A DNA stretch of 63,630 nucleotides, the filler included, from Pseudobdellovibrionaceae bacterium (lineage in GTDB: Bacteria; Bdellovibrionota; Bdellovibrionia; Bdellovibrionales; UBA1609): assembly GCA_030591685.1 (NCBI GenBank). It is 4 parts of 4 records of this genome, joined end to end, with 100 filler letters (N's around TTAATTAATTAA, not from the genome) between each part and the next. Parts side by side here need not be neighbours in the genome. Positions count along the whole stretch, not along the records: positions 1 to 15,453 come from JAUVAX010000050.1; positions 15,554 to 38,965 come from JAUVAX010000032.1; 2 more parts are not named here. One strand, written 5' to 3'. Positions 10,106-19,183 of this stretch are shown here, in pieces. Made by a program: the position numbers and the translations under genes. Position 1 is the stretch's first letter; the number at the start of each line of letters is the position of its first letter. A model generated the notes under the pieces. That model was not told where the DNA came from, searched no databases, and worked only from the letters and a program-made list of their open reading frames with translations.

Positions 10106-11509
10106 TTATACCTTAAAGGGGCCGCTCTCTAGTGCTGACTGAACCCCTTTTGATAAGTTCTCAATGCCTTGGATAAGGTTTTCGTCCCCTAAAAGCACAT
10201 CGGCAATTTGACCACTGTAGCGAAGGGCCGATTCTCGCATCATGCCCAACATGGGCCAACCCCAAAGGGCTGATATAAACACACCCTCTTTTTCAAAATG
10301 TGGGTCTGTTAAAAAAGTACAAGAAGGGGCGTCTTCAACGGCACTTCTGTTTGTCGGGCTACCGCCCACTAGGTCTATGATTACAGTACCCTTTTGAAGG
10401 GTGTTTTTAACATGTTCACTTTTAATTAAATAGTTTTTACCACGAAGTTTCGCCGGTTGCTCAGCGCCATTAATAATAACATCTGCTGAAAGCAAAAACT
10501 CCTCAATGCGATCTGCAGCCGTATTTTTTCGACCTAGTATATGTATTTTTCGAACACCCTGGTCATAGCACTCATGAATGCCACCCATGCCAACGTTACC
10601 ATAACCTAAAACAACAGCAGACGCCTCGGGGCCTTGTTTGTTTTTTGAACTCATCTCTTTTAAAATTTTAAACCCATATCGGGCCCCGGCTTGACCTGTA
10701 ATATGTAAACACTGAATACGGCGACCACCAAACTCAAAAGGCTCATGAGTACTGCGATATTTTTTAATCACCTCATCGCCCATAGATTTTTCGTACTCTT
10801 TAAGATCAAATAACTGACAAGGTTTTTGAGATAAAAATGAAACCGTTGAGGACTTGCCTATTTCTCTTGAATCATAAAAGTATATAGAACTGGCGTCAAA
10901 ACACTCTAACTCTTCAGGCTTTATATCAGCCTGATATAAAGACAAGGTATTTGTGTTTCTATTACCCGCACGGCGTATGCCACCAACAAGTTTTTCATTG
11001 TAGCCAATAAAATTAATATTTAAATTTTCTAAAGGCAAGCTTTGCTCTTTTAAAGCTGACTTAACAAAGGATTTGCCTAATATAATTTCGTCTGAAGTAT
11101 ATTTAGGGGTTTCAAGTATATTCTCCATAGCAACCACATTAATTTTATGGCGCTCTAATAGGGCCGCCCTATCAGGGAAAGACTTAAAGTGTGCCATGCA
11201 AAATAATATCGTCCCAGGGTTCATTAAAGGGATGTGTTCAAGGGCCGGGCCCTTAAATTTAATCACCATATCTTTATTTTTATAAATCTCTAAAGTACTC
11301 TGCTTAACAGCACCAACAGCCTCATAGTCTTTGTCATCAAAGCCTATGCCCTCGCCTGTGCCCGTTTCAAAGAACACCTTTACGCCTGAGTTAATGAGTT
11401 TTAAAATATCCTCAGGCACCATGGCTGTGCGCTTTTCTAAGCTGCCAGGGTTTTCTGGGGATTCATTTTCTTTAGCTAAACCAATGGTTTTAATAGTTGA
11501 TGTCTTCAT
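10106..11509 (-). CDS. AlaDH/PNT-superfamily dehydrogenase (alanine dehydrogenase / carboxyethyl-ornithine synthase-like) with an extra subdomain
   Basis: IGLAKE..EKRTAMVP..ETGTGEGIGFDDKDY N-domain; LGYGNVG Rossmann motif; GTVIIDL. Confidence 0.75.
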   Translation of the reverse strand: MKTSTIKTIGLAKENESPENPGSLEKRTAMVPEDILKLINSGVKVFFETGTGEGIGFDDKDYEAVGAVKQSTLEIYKNKDMVIKFKGPALEHIPLMNPGTILFCMAHFKSFPDRAALLERHKINVVAMENILETPKYTSDEIILGKSFVKSALKEQSLPLENLNINFIGYNEKLVGGIRRAGNRNTNTLSLYQADIKPEELECFDASSIYFYDSREIGKSSTVSFLSQKPCQLFDLKEYEKSMGDEVIKKYRSTHEPFEFGGRRIQCLHITGQAGARYGFKILKEMSSKNKQGPEASAVVLGYGNVGMGGIHECYDQGVRKIHILGRKNTAADRIEEFLLSADVIINGAEQPAKLRGKNYLIKSEHVKNTLQKGTVIIDLVGGSPTNRSAVEDAPSCTFLTDPHFEKEGVFISALWGWPMLGMMRESALRYSGQIADVLLGDENLIQGIENLSKGVQSALESGPFKV

Positions 11510-11895
11510 AGGCGCAACCCTATACTATCTTCTTTGTGCTTTGTAGGGGTAATCGTCTTTTAGCGACTCTTTGAATACTAAAGTGTCACACCGGAGCACG
11601 TCGCCCGCAAAATAACCCCCAGCTTAGAGCCCTCCTAATGCCTTGTAATTATTAAGTTTACTGCTCATTTTCTGGTTTTTTCGACCCTCAAGCTCATCGA
11701 ACACGGTGATTTAAAACATGTCATCACGGCCCTAAGTACAAATTATAGCCCCCCCATAGAAGACATATGTTTCGTGTGCCAAGGCCATCACTAGCCCTCA
11801 CTATTTATAGTATTTTTTTAAGAATTTTATTTGCCCTAGGCGAAGGTTTAATTTATAAAATATTTTTAACACCCTTGCTTTTGAGATGGAAATTT

Positions 11896-12411
11896 ATGAA
11901 ACAACAAGTTTGCATATTTACAACCGGCGGGACCATAGAAAAATCATATTGTGAGAACGATGGCTCTATTAAAAATCATGAATCTTTGCTCAAAGAAAAG
12001 CTCATAAAAAAACTCCGCCTACCGCATACTGAAATTACCGTTAAAGAAATAATGGCCAAAGACTCTCTAGATATGACAGACGAAGACCGCCTGAGTATTT
12101 TTAAATTTTTAAAAACTCATTTTAACTCACACAACGAGCCCGTTGTTATTTTGCACGGTACTGACACCATGGAGAACACCCTTAAATTTTGCCACAAACA
12201 CATGCCCCGCCCGCCTGTTGCTGTTATATTCACAGGGGCCATGAGGCCTGCAGGGTTAGATGATACCGATGCCACTCAAAATTTTACCGAGGCCCTCTTT
12301 GCCGCACAAATTGTACCCCCAGGGTTTTACATATCCTTTCACGGGCAACTTTTTAACGCACCAAACGTCACAAAAAATAGAGACCTTAATACCTTTGAAG
12401 AGACTTTTTAA
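11896..12411 (+). CDS. Short asparaginase (N-terminal domain only)
   Basis: TTGGTI, KDS, HGTDTM, TGAM motifs; likely start MKQQVC. Confidence 0.88.
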   Translation: MKQQVCIFTTGGTIEKSYCENDGSIKNHESLLKEKLIKKLRLPHTEITVKEIMAKDSLDMTDEDRLSIFKFLKTHFNSHNEPVVILHGTDTMENTLKFCHKHMPRPPVAVIFTGAMRPAGLDDTDATQNFTEALFAAQIVPPGFYISFHGQLFNAPNVTKNRDLNTFEETF

Positions 12412-12457
12412 TATTACCTGTTTTTGAAGACCCCTAAGGGCAGCATACCCCAGAGAT

Positions 12458-12535
12458 AAAAAAGGCCTCATGAAACGATAATTATGAAGCCTGCGTTTTG
12501 ATGAATTAGGTGCCTTTGAAAACCTAGAGATTTTA
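12458..12535 (-). repeat. ~78-bp 3'-end/terminator module, copy 1
   Basis: Direct repeat of 13769-13847; begins at the TAA stop and ends in a hairpin plus T-run. Confidence 0.85.
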
Positions 12536-13045
12536 GATGCAGCGAACGTAATTAAAACTTGATTCAAATATTATATTCTCAAAATTTAAGATTCCATACT
12601 TTGCTCGCTTAACGAAAAGGTCATTACCATTGATGTCTGTTCCTATAATCTTTTTACACTCAGAACTTTCAACTTCTTCGATTGAAAAGTCTGTGTTTAA
12701 CATTTCTATTGGTAACAACTTTGAGTCTTTATCTTGTTTGGAGCAATCAAGTTTAGCTAGATCAACTTGTCCTAGACTTATTGATTTTGTATTTTTGACG
12801 AGCAATACATCGCCAGTTGATTTTCTTAGCTCTAAAAAGTGCCCTCTGTTAGTTGAAAACAATGTAATATTTCCAGTCACTAGTTTGTTGGCAATTGCGT
12901 ATGAGATTTTAGCCGTACAAGATTCGCCATCAGAGCAAATTAAAGTTCTATTACAAGTTACATTAGTTGATACAACGTAAATTTCTGTACTTGCCATAGC
13001 AACACTTGAAATTAACAAGAGCCCAATAAAAAATAGAGTTTTCAT
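12533..13045 (-). CDS. Secreted hypothetical protein (6 Cys)
   Basis: AGGAG SD; signal peptide ending AMA. Confidence 0.8.
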   Translation of the reverse strand: MKTLFFIGLLLISSVAMASTEIYVVSTNVTCNRTLICSDGESCTAKISYAIANKLVTGNITLFSTNRGHFLELRKSTGDVLLVKNTKSISLGQVDLAKLDCSKQDKDSKLLPIEMLNTDFSIEEVESSECKKIIGTDINGNDLFVKRAKYGILNFENIIFESSFNYVRCI

Positions 13046-13120
13046 GTTTTCTCCTAAAAAAGTAATGGTTTGTATGTAAGCTGTGCCTTAATAAGCCCAA
13101 TTGCAATTAAGGCTTTAATA

Positions 13121-13444
13121 TCAATCACTTTGTTCCATAATTTTATTGACGCTAATTACTTGGCAAGATCTCGCATGTAATGTGATAAGGTAGAGCAAGC
13201 CCCCACTTTCATCTGACGTTCCAACTGAATAAACATCAATTTCACTGACGAGCCTAGTGTCTTCAAAGCGAGAGCCCACATTTGCCATTCCAAGCCTTTT
13301 TATACTCATAGTCATTCTCTCAATAACATTTTGATATGGGTATTGCGCTGTAATGAAGTCCCTAACTACAAAAGAGCAATCAGCAGCATAAGAAAATGTT
13401 GAAAAAACAAATAAAATACCACTTATTATTATTTTCATGCTCAC
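13121..13444 (-). CDS. Small secreted hypothetical protein
   Basis: Signal peptide ending SYA; one Cys pair. Confidence 0.75.
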   Translation of the reverse strand: MSMKIIISGILFVFSTFSYAADCSFVVRDFITAQYPYQNVIERMTMSIKRLGMANVGSRFEDTRLVSEIDVYSVGTSDESGGLLYLITLHARSCQVISVNKIMEQSD

Positions 13445-13768
13445 CCCTAACTAGATTGTTATTAATCTACCTGCTATCATATAGACGTAGCTTTTAGTAA
13501 GGTAACGATGTGAATGTAAAAAAATGTAAATATTACTCACAAATAACTAATCATATCTACGAAAAAAAGACAAAAAAAGAACTGCTGAACCAAAAAAGAC
13601 TCAAGGCATAAACCACTCAAATAGTTATATTTTTATTAAAAATACGTCTAATACACCCATGGGTATCGAGCCCACAGTTCAGTGCCTGCGTCGGCTGAGT
13701 CGGATAGGTTGCTGGCGGCCCTTTCACCAACAAGGGTGTCGGTGTCGTAGCCTTGACGCCTCTGAGGC

Positions 13769-13847
13769 AAAAAAAAAGGCCTCATGAACGACAATCATGA
13801 AGCCTGTATTTTGATGAACTAGATGCGATCGAAAATCTAGAGCTTTA
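13769..13847 (-). repeat. ~78-bp 3'-end/terminator module, copy 2
   Basis: AGGCTTCATGA-ttgtcgt-TCATGAGGCCT followed by a T-run on the minus strand; homologous to 12458-12535. Confidence 0.85.
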
Positions 13848-14129
13848 CTGATGAAGCATCATATCTTTGAAATTAAATTTAAAGCTTCTAATTGGTGGTA
13901 AATCATCTGTGAAATTAATTTTAAGACTTAAGTCATCTTGATCTTTTTCAAAAATACTTTCAGCTCCTCTGTTTCTCAACTTATAAAAAGTATCAGCCTC
14001 ATTTTCACTTAATTGAATGTATCTGAATCCAAGGCCGTTATAGCACTTGTAACTCAATGTCTGCTTCGCTAAGTTATGCTCAACACTGCAACTCTGATTA
14101 TCTTCATCTGATCCAAGGTAATGTATTGA
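13845..14129 (-). pseudogene. 3' part of a hypothetical gene truncated by IS insertion
   Basis: Frame stays open upstream of 14057 (SIHYLGSDEDNQSCSVEH...) up to the IS left end, with no proper start. Confidence 0.65.
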
Positions 14130-15453
14130 TGTTATTTTGCAGCGACTCTGTCCCCTTAACTTTGCAGCGACTTTGTCACCCCCACTAAAATCTAGGACAA
14201 TACCCTCAAATTATAATTTGAGGGGGGCTAAATGGGGGCGATCACAATGTCAAAAAAGGAATCTTACGAGTTCAGGGTTATAAATGATTTTTTATTACGC
14301 AAAATAAGTCGATTTGAAGCTTCAGAGCTTTTAAACTTAAGTCCTCGCACCATCAGTCGAAAATCCCGCCGTATTGAAGAGCATGGCCTCCTCGGCATCA
14401 AGCATCTAAATACCCGCAAGACGCCTTCAAACAAGGCCTGTGAGTCTTTAAAGCGCAAGGTCATGAAAGTTGTTGAGGATCAATATTTTGATTTTAACTT
14501 AACTCATATGCTCGAGATGCTAACTTTGAATCATGGATTTACAATTAATTACCATACTCTTCGCCGTTGGTGCCACAAAAAAAATTTAGTAAAAAGAAAA
14601 CACAAGCGCCGAAAGAAACCTGCCCGCACCTGCCGAGAGAGAAAACTTAAATCTGGCATGATGCTTCAGATGGATGGGAGTCATCACTTTTTTGTTCCAG
14701 GCAAAGAATGGGTTTTAATAGCAGGCATTGATGATGCCACAAATGAAGTGCCTTACGGAGAATTCTTTCCAAGAGAGACTACGGCTGGTTACTTTAAGGT
14801 GTTAGGGGAAACTATTAAGAAAAAGGGCGGTAGCCCTTTTTCTATATACACAGACCGAGCAGGTTGCCTTGGTGGAGGAAAGAGAGTTGAATTTGGTCAA
14901 TTTATAAGGGCTTGTGATGAGCTTGGTACACATGTTCTTTTTGCTAATTCACCTCAAGCAAAGGGGCGGATCGAAAGGTTTTGGCAAGTGGTTCAAGACC
15001 GCTGTGTCGCGGAGTTTAGGTTAAATAAAATAACTACAGTAAAAGAAGCTAATTATTATTTTAATAATGTGTTTTTAAAAAAGTATTGGAATTCAACAAA
15101 AGTCCATAAACCTGAAAAAGAAGAGTCTGGATATATGGCTCTAAAGTCCAATATAAGTCTTGGTGAGGTGTTTTGCTTTAAGCATCGAAGAAAGATTAAC
15201 TATGATCATACAATAAAGTGGAAAAATAAAAATTATCAACTTCGGGTTACTCAGAACATAGCCAAGCGAGAAATAGAGATCAGAGAATACTCTGACAAAC
15301 TCTTCCGCTGCTTTTTTTTGAACAAAGAGGTCCAGGTGGCAAATAAACAGTATACAGATGAGTTTAAAGCTCAAATTCTTAAAGAAGTTAAGCAAATCCA
15401 TAATGTTAGCTTTGTAGCTCGCAAGCATAATATCTGCAGCAAAAACATTTATA
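14130..15453 (+). mobile_element. IS1202/ISNCY-type insertion sequence, right end lost at the contig break
   Basis: Left end starts TGT and carries two ~20-bp subterminal repeats (TTTGCAGCGACTYTGTCMCC at 14136 and 14161), followed by a DDE transposase. Confidence 0.8.
14232..15453 (+). CDS. DDE (integrase-core) transposase, 3'-truncated
   Basis: LQMDGS..IDDAT..YTDR..SPQAKGRIER pattern and N-terminal HTHs. Confidence 0.92.
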
Positions 15454-15553
15454 NNNNNNNNNNNNNNNNNNNNNNNNNNNNNNNNNNNNNNNNNNNNTTA
15501 ATTAATTAANNNNNNNNNNNNNNNNNNNNNNNNNNNNNNNNNNNNNNNNNNNN
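15454..15553. other. Artificial contig linker
   Basis: N44-TTAATTAATTAA-N44, stops in all six frames. Confidence 0.98.
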
Positions 15554-15556
15554 TAA

Positions 15557-15648
15557 TGGCGGAGAGGGAGAGATTCGAACTCTCGGTACACCCTTAAGTG
15601 TACGGAGGATTAGCAATCCCCTGGTTTCAGCCACTCACCCACCTCTCC
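15557..15648 (-). tRNA. tRNA-Ser(GCT)
   Basis: GGAGAGG acceptor stem, GCT anticodon, long variable arm, GTTCGAATC, encoded CCA. Confidence 0.95.
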
Positions 15649-15742
15649 GTAAAAGCGTGCTTAATTGCTGAATTATTTTGCTCTGTGAATTTGCCACAGG
15701 CCCATACCAGAATCAAGGCCAGAACAATGAAGCTCGGTGTTA

Positions 15743-16333
15743 TTAGTAGTTTTCAGGGAACAATTCACGCTCTACTGTTTCAATCACAGTGTGAATGAGC
15801 TTTATATGCATCTCTTGTATACGGTCTGAGGTCTCAGTGCCCTCAATAACAATAGCTAGATCAGAGAGGTCTTTAAGCTCCCCCCCTCCTTTACCAAGCA
15901 GTGCCACTGTTTTAATCCCCTTTGTTTTTGCTACTTTAAAGGCCTCAATCACATTTTTAGACTGACCACTTGTAGAGAGCCCCACGAGAAGGTCCCCCTC
16001 TCGGCCCAGCCCCTCAATTTGCCTTGAAAATATATGCTCAAAACCATAGTCATTTGAAACACAGGTGGTGTGGCTCGGGTCGCCCAGGGCCAAGGCCCCC
16101 AAGGGCTTGCGGTCTTTGCGGTAGCGCCCCGTGAACTCTTCGGCAAAGTGCATGGCATCGCAGTGGCTGCCACCATTACCGCAGGTATAGAGGTTGCCGC
16201 CCTTTGTAAAAGTCTCAATGAGTAGCTTTGAGAACTGATCGCATTTTTCAATCTGCCCAGGGGCTGAGATAAATGTTTTTAATACCGATTGGGCCTCTGT
16301 TAATGAGTTTGTCCATAGGTTATGAGTACTCAT
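15743..16333 (-). CDS. gmhA: Sedoheptulose-7-phosphate isomerase
   Basis: CGNGGSHCDAMHFAEE, SNDYG, STSG, RIQEMH. Confidence 0.95.
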   Translation of the reverse strand: MSTHNLWTNSLTEAQSVLKTFISAPGQIEKCDQFSKLLIETFTKGGNLYTCGNGGSHCDAMHFAEEFTGRYRKDRKPLGALALGDPSHTTCVSNDYGFEHIFSRQIEGLGREGDLLVGLSTSGQSKNVIEAFKVAKTKGIKTVALLGKGGGELKDLSDLAIVIEGTETSDRIQEMHIKLIHTVIETVERELFPENY

Positions 16334-16557
16334 GGGTCCTCTCCTTGCGCCTTTGTCTAAGGGCCTGCTTAAACAGGCCAGGGGTTGTCACGGGACACTT
16401 TAAGCCCCTAAGGGGCCTGTGTCACCCCTCTACCTTTTAAGCCTCAAAATCAAAGCACGCCAAGCGTAAGGGGGCTGATGCTCGATTTTTAAACCTAGAG
16501 CTTGATTTAAGCCCCCTTTAGGTCTACAACCAAACGCATCTTAAGACCTTCTCGTGT

Positions 16558-16635
16558 GCGCCTGTAGCTCAGCTGGATTAGAGTACCTGACTACGAATCA
16601 GGTGGTCGGAGGTTCGAACCCTTCCAGGCGTGCCA
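16558..16635 (+). tRNA. tRNA-Arg(ACG)
   Basis: Cloverleaf with CCTGA-CTACGAA-TCAGG anticodon arm, GGTTCGAACC, CCA. Confidence 0.95.
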
Positions 16636-16745
16636 ATTTTTTATATTGATCGCAAAAGTTATGTTCATCTTAAGCCCCCCTACTTTACAGTCATACTCAA
16701 GGGCCTTAGTTTTATATTTTTTAAACTTTTTTTATAGGGGCCACA

Positions 16746-17564
16746 ATGAAAGTCGTCGTTTTTATACTCATAGGTTTGTTTGCAAACCCACTTTGGGCCA
16801 AAAGCTTTACCTACACTGATGCTCATGGTGTTAAAAACACCTGGTCTGTTAAAAAACTTTTAATGCACAAGCAGTTAGTTAATATAAAAAATCAAAATAC
16901 TGAGGCCTTCCCCGGCGCCCCACAAAGCTTTAAAGCCATCGCCCTTCATCACCTTATTAATAGTAAATCTGATGGCAAAGCAGACCAGCTTAAGTTTAGC
17001 TGCACTGACGGGTACTCTAAAGTGCTCTCAAAAAAGGTTTCAACCTTTATGAGGTCTAAGCTCTCAGGCCCCACAGCTTTTTTAGCCATTGAAGACCCTA
17101 AAAACCCCTGGCCGGACTTGGCAGGGTTTCACAAGGGCAAGCACCGTGGGTCAGCAGGGCCTTTTTTAATTTTTTGGCGCAATGAGGGCACGCGAAAAAT
17201 GAAAGACCAACCCTGGTCTGTTGTCAGTTTACAGACAGTGAAGTCAGACCCTGCAGAGGCCATCAAGCCCACTAATGCTAGTTTAATAGCCACAAAGGGC
17301 CACAAGTTATTTGTAAAAACATGTTTTGCCTGTCATACGATCAACTTAAAGGGCGAAGGCTCAATGGGACCTGATTTAAATTACCCCGAAAGCCCCATAG
17401 AGTATTTTGGCAAAGCCCGCTTAAAAAGATACATCAGAAACCCCGACAGTGTGCGCATTTATAAGTCGGGGCGCATGAAGGGGTTTAATAAAGAATCACT
17501 CTCAGACTCTGAGCTTGAGAGCATTATTATCTACCTACAACACATGGCAAAAAATAGACCTTAA
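16746..17564 (+). CDS. Exported c-type cytochrome with an N-terminal partner domain
   Basis: Signal peptide; CFACH haem motif, GPDLN, distal Met. Confidence 0.85.
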   Translation: MKVVVFILIGLFANPLWAKSFTYTDAHGVKNTWSVKKLLMHKQLVNIKNQNTEAFPGAPQSFKAIALHHLINSKSDGKADQLKFSCTDGYSKVLSKKVSTFMRSKLSGPTAFLAIEDPKNPWPDLAGFHKGKHRGSAGPFLIFWRNEGTRKMKDQPWSVVSLQTVKSDPAEAIKPTNASLIATKGHKLFVKTCFACHTINLKGEGSMGPDLNYPESPIEYFGKARLKRYIRNPDSVRIYKSGRMKGFNKESLSDSELESIIIYLQHMAKNRP

Positions 17565-17674
17565 CTGGCATAAATCTTCGACAAGCCGCATCGTTAAGGG
17601 TTTGTTTTTATTACCTGCTCTCGGCCCTTGATTGACAAAAGCTTAAGGCTTATTTAGTTTAGTGGATTCGATGT

Positions 17675-17750
17675 TCAGGTGTAGCTCAGTTGGTAGAGCA
17701 GGTGACTGTTAATCACCCTGTCGCAAGTTCGAGTCTTGCCACCTGAGCCA
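17675..17750 (+). tRNA. tRNA-Asn(GTT)
   Basis: TCAGGTG/CACCTGA acceptor stem, GTT anticodon, CCA. Confidence 0.95.
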
Positions 17751-17822
17751 TTTTTTTTGTTAAGTCGTAATTTTTTTGAGTATACAGTCCAAAATCAAGC
17801 CTTAGAATAAAAAAACAGATAC

Positions 17823-17853
17823 AAAAAAACCAGCTATAAGAAGCTGGCTTTTT
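17823..17853. terminator. Bidirectional terminator
   Basis: A7-CCAGCT-ataaga-AGCTGG-C-T5 between convergent genes. Confidence 0.7.
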
Positions 17854-17882
17854 GATTCATACAATGTCAGAGGTAATAATAA

Positions 17883-18218
17883 TTACTTATCATCCCAAGC
17901 TTCACAAGAAATAGAGATGATTTCACCTTTAATTTTTTGACCCTTAGATGGTGAATTATCCGCAACATCAACCACTATCATGTCTGCCGAATCATCAGTG
18001 GGTACAGTCGCCAGTAACTGAGTTGAATACAGTATGATTGCTTGAAGTTTACTATCTGTATGTACGGCTTGACCCATTGGCCTTGCGTTTTCAATCTTTT
18101 GCCCAACAGTTTTTACCATACAAGAATAAAGTTTTTTCTTTACTCCGAGGGACTCCGCTGAGGCATTAAGCCCAACTAAGCTGTAAGCTAGGGCTAATAA
18201 TATCGCTATTTTTTTCAT
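17883..18218 (-). CDS. Small secreted hypothetical protein
   Basis: AGGAG SD, signal peptide ending ASA, 2 Cys. Confidence 0.8.
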   Translation of the reverse strand: MKKIAILLALAYSLVGLNASAESLGVKKKLYSCMVKTVGQKIENARPMGQAVHTDSKLQAIILYSTQLLATVPTDDSADMIVVDVADNSPSKGQKIKGEIISISCEAWDDK

Positions 18219-18483
18219 TAATTCTCCTGTGTTACAAAAAACGGCAAGTAAGACTTAACTTTGTCACAGAACAAAGCTCCAAATCTACCGTACATGGATT
18301 TAAGTTATATTAACCATAGGTAAAGCAGATCTATGCCAGCATTAGTGTCTATAAAACTATTTAGGAGTTGTTGTAGGTCGTCGATGGCAAGAAGGCTCAA
18401 TAATCGCTGCTATTTCGATGGGCGACGACGGAGACGCAATCCTTTGATTTCACGATCTCTGATTTATCGATGACTACGAAGCA

Positions 18484-19047
18484 CTACATTACTTTATTTA
18501 AAATATTCTTTTCTGTATGATGAAAAATTTCTTTTTGGCCTTTAATTTTGATTAAAGTGTCTTCGTCATACCTGAAAGAGTTCTCATTAATCTTCTCCAT
18601 TTTTAACTCATAACGGATAGATTTAAACTCTTCATCGAGAAACTTATTTGAACATATGCCGTAGGTTTCGCACCCAACATCAGCAGTCACTTCAAACATA
18701 TGTGAGTTAGGGTCCGTGGTGCCGCCTGCGGTTACACTGATCCCTCGAGGAACAATAAAAGATTTCATGACTTGCTTGTTTTCGGCATCCCAAATCCAGT
18801 ATCCAACCTCTTCATGAAATGGGCTTTCATCATCACCCTCCTCCCAAGCTATAGTACTATATCGCAGGGCAAAGAGTTTTTGTTCATGGTTATCGACTTG
18901 ACCAATAGGCACAAAGGTCATTTCTTGTCTAAATTTTGTGTTTTCTACTTCTCGATTTGGATCAGGAGCTCTATTTTCACCAGCCCACTCGTTACTACTC
19001 CATTTTCCAATAAGAAAGGCCAATGGCCCGTAACATTTATTATCCAT
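18484..19047 (-). CDS. Nitrobindin / haem-binding beta-barrel protein (DUF1794-like)
   Basis: GPLAFLIGKW, FHEEVGYW, FHHTEKN. Confidence 0.85.
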   Translation of the reverse strand: MDNKCYGPLAFLIGKWSSNEWAGENRAPDPNREVENTKFRQEMTFVPIGQVDNHEQKLFALRYSTIAWEEGDDESPFHEEVGYWIWDAENKQVMKSFIVPRGISVTAGGTTDPNSHMFEVTADVGCETYGICSNKFLDEEFKSIRYELKMEKINENSFRYDEDTLIKIKGQKEIFHHTEKNILNKVM

Positions 19048-19183
19048 AAAAATCCTTTCGCATCTGACATGTTTTGAGTGCCAGGCTACTTTTTGAGATT
19101 AAGTTCGTCAATAAACTTAAGCCTGCATTACCTTTTTGAGGGCTAAGTGAGTTTTAAATTTTAATAACAAGTTGACCCTAAAA

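Noticed and set aside
11510..11895. Riboswitch upstream of the AlaDH-like gene
   Set aside because: No aptamer consensus recognisable by eye; an Rfam scan would be needed
15498..15509. TTAATTAATTAA palindrome, also at 39010 and 61218
   Set aside because: Artificial six-frame-stop linker within N runs; adjacency across it is not biological, and the transposase tail ...XXXLIN is an artefact
15598..15798. 66-aa ORF
   Set aside because: Antisense to tRNA-Ser and the end of gmhA
18322..18339. CTGGCATAGATCTGCTTT as a sigma54 promoter for the 17883 gene
   Set aside because: GG-GC spacing is 9, one short of the strict requirement
18471..18480. TGACTACGAA identical to part of the tRNA-Arg anticodon arm, as an att duplication
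   Set aside because: Only 10 nt with no flanking tRNA similarity; plausible by chance
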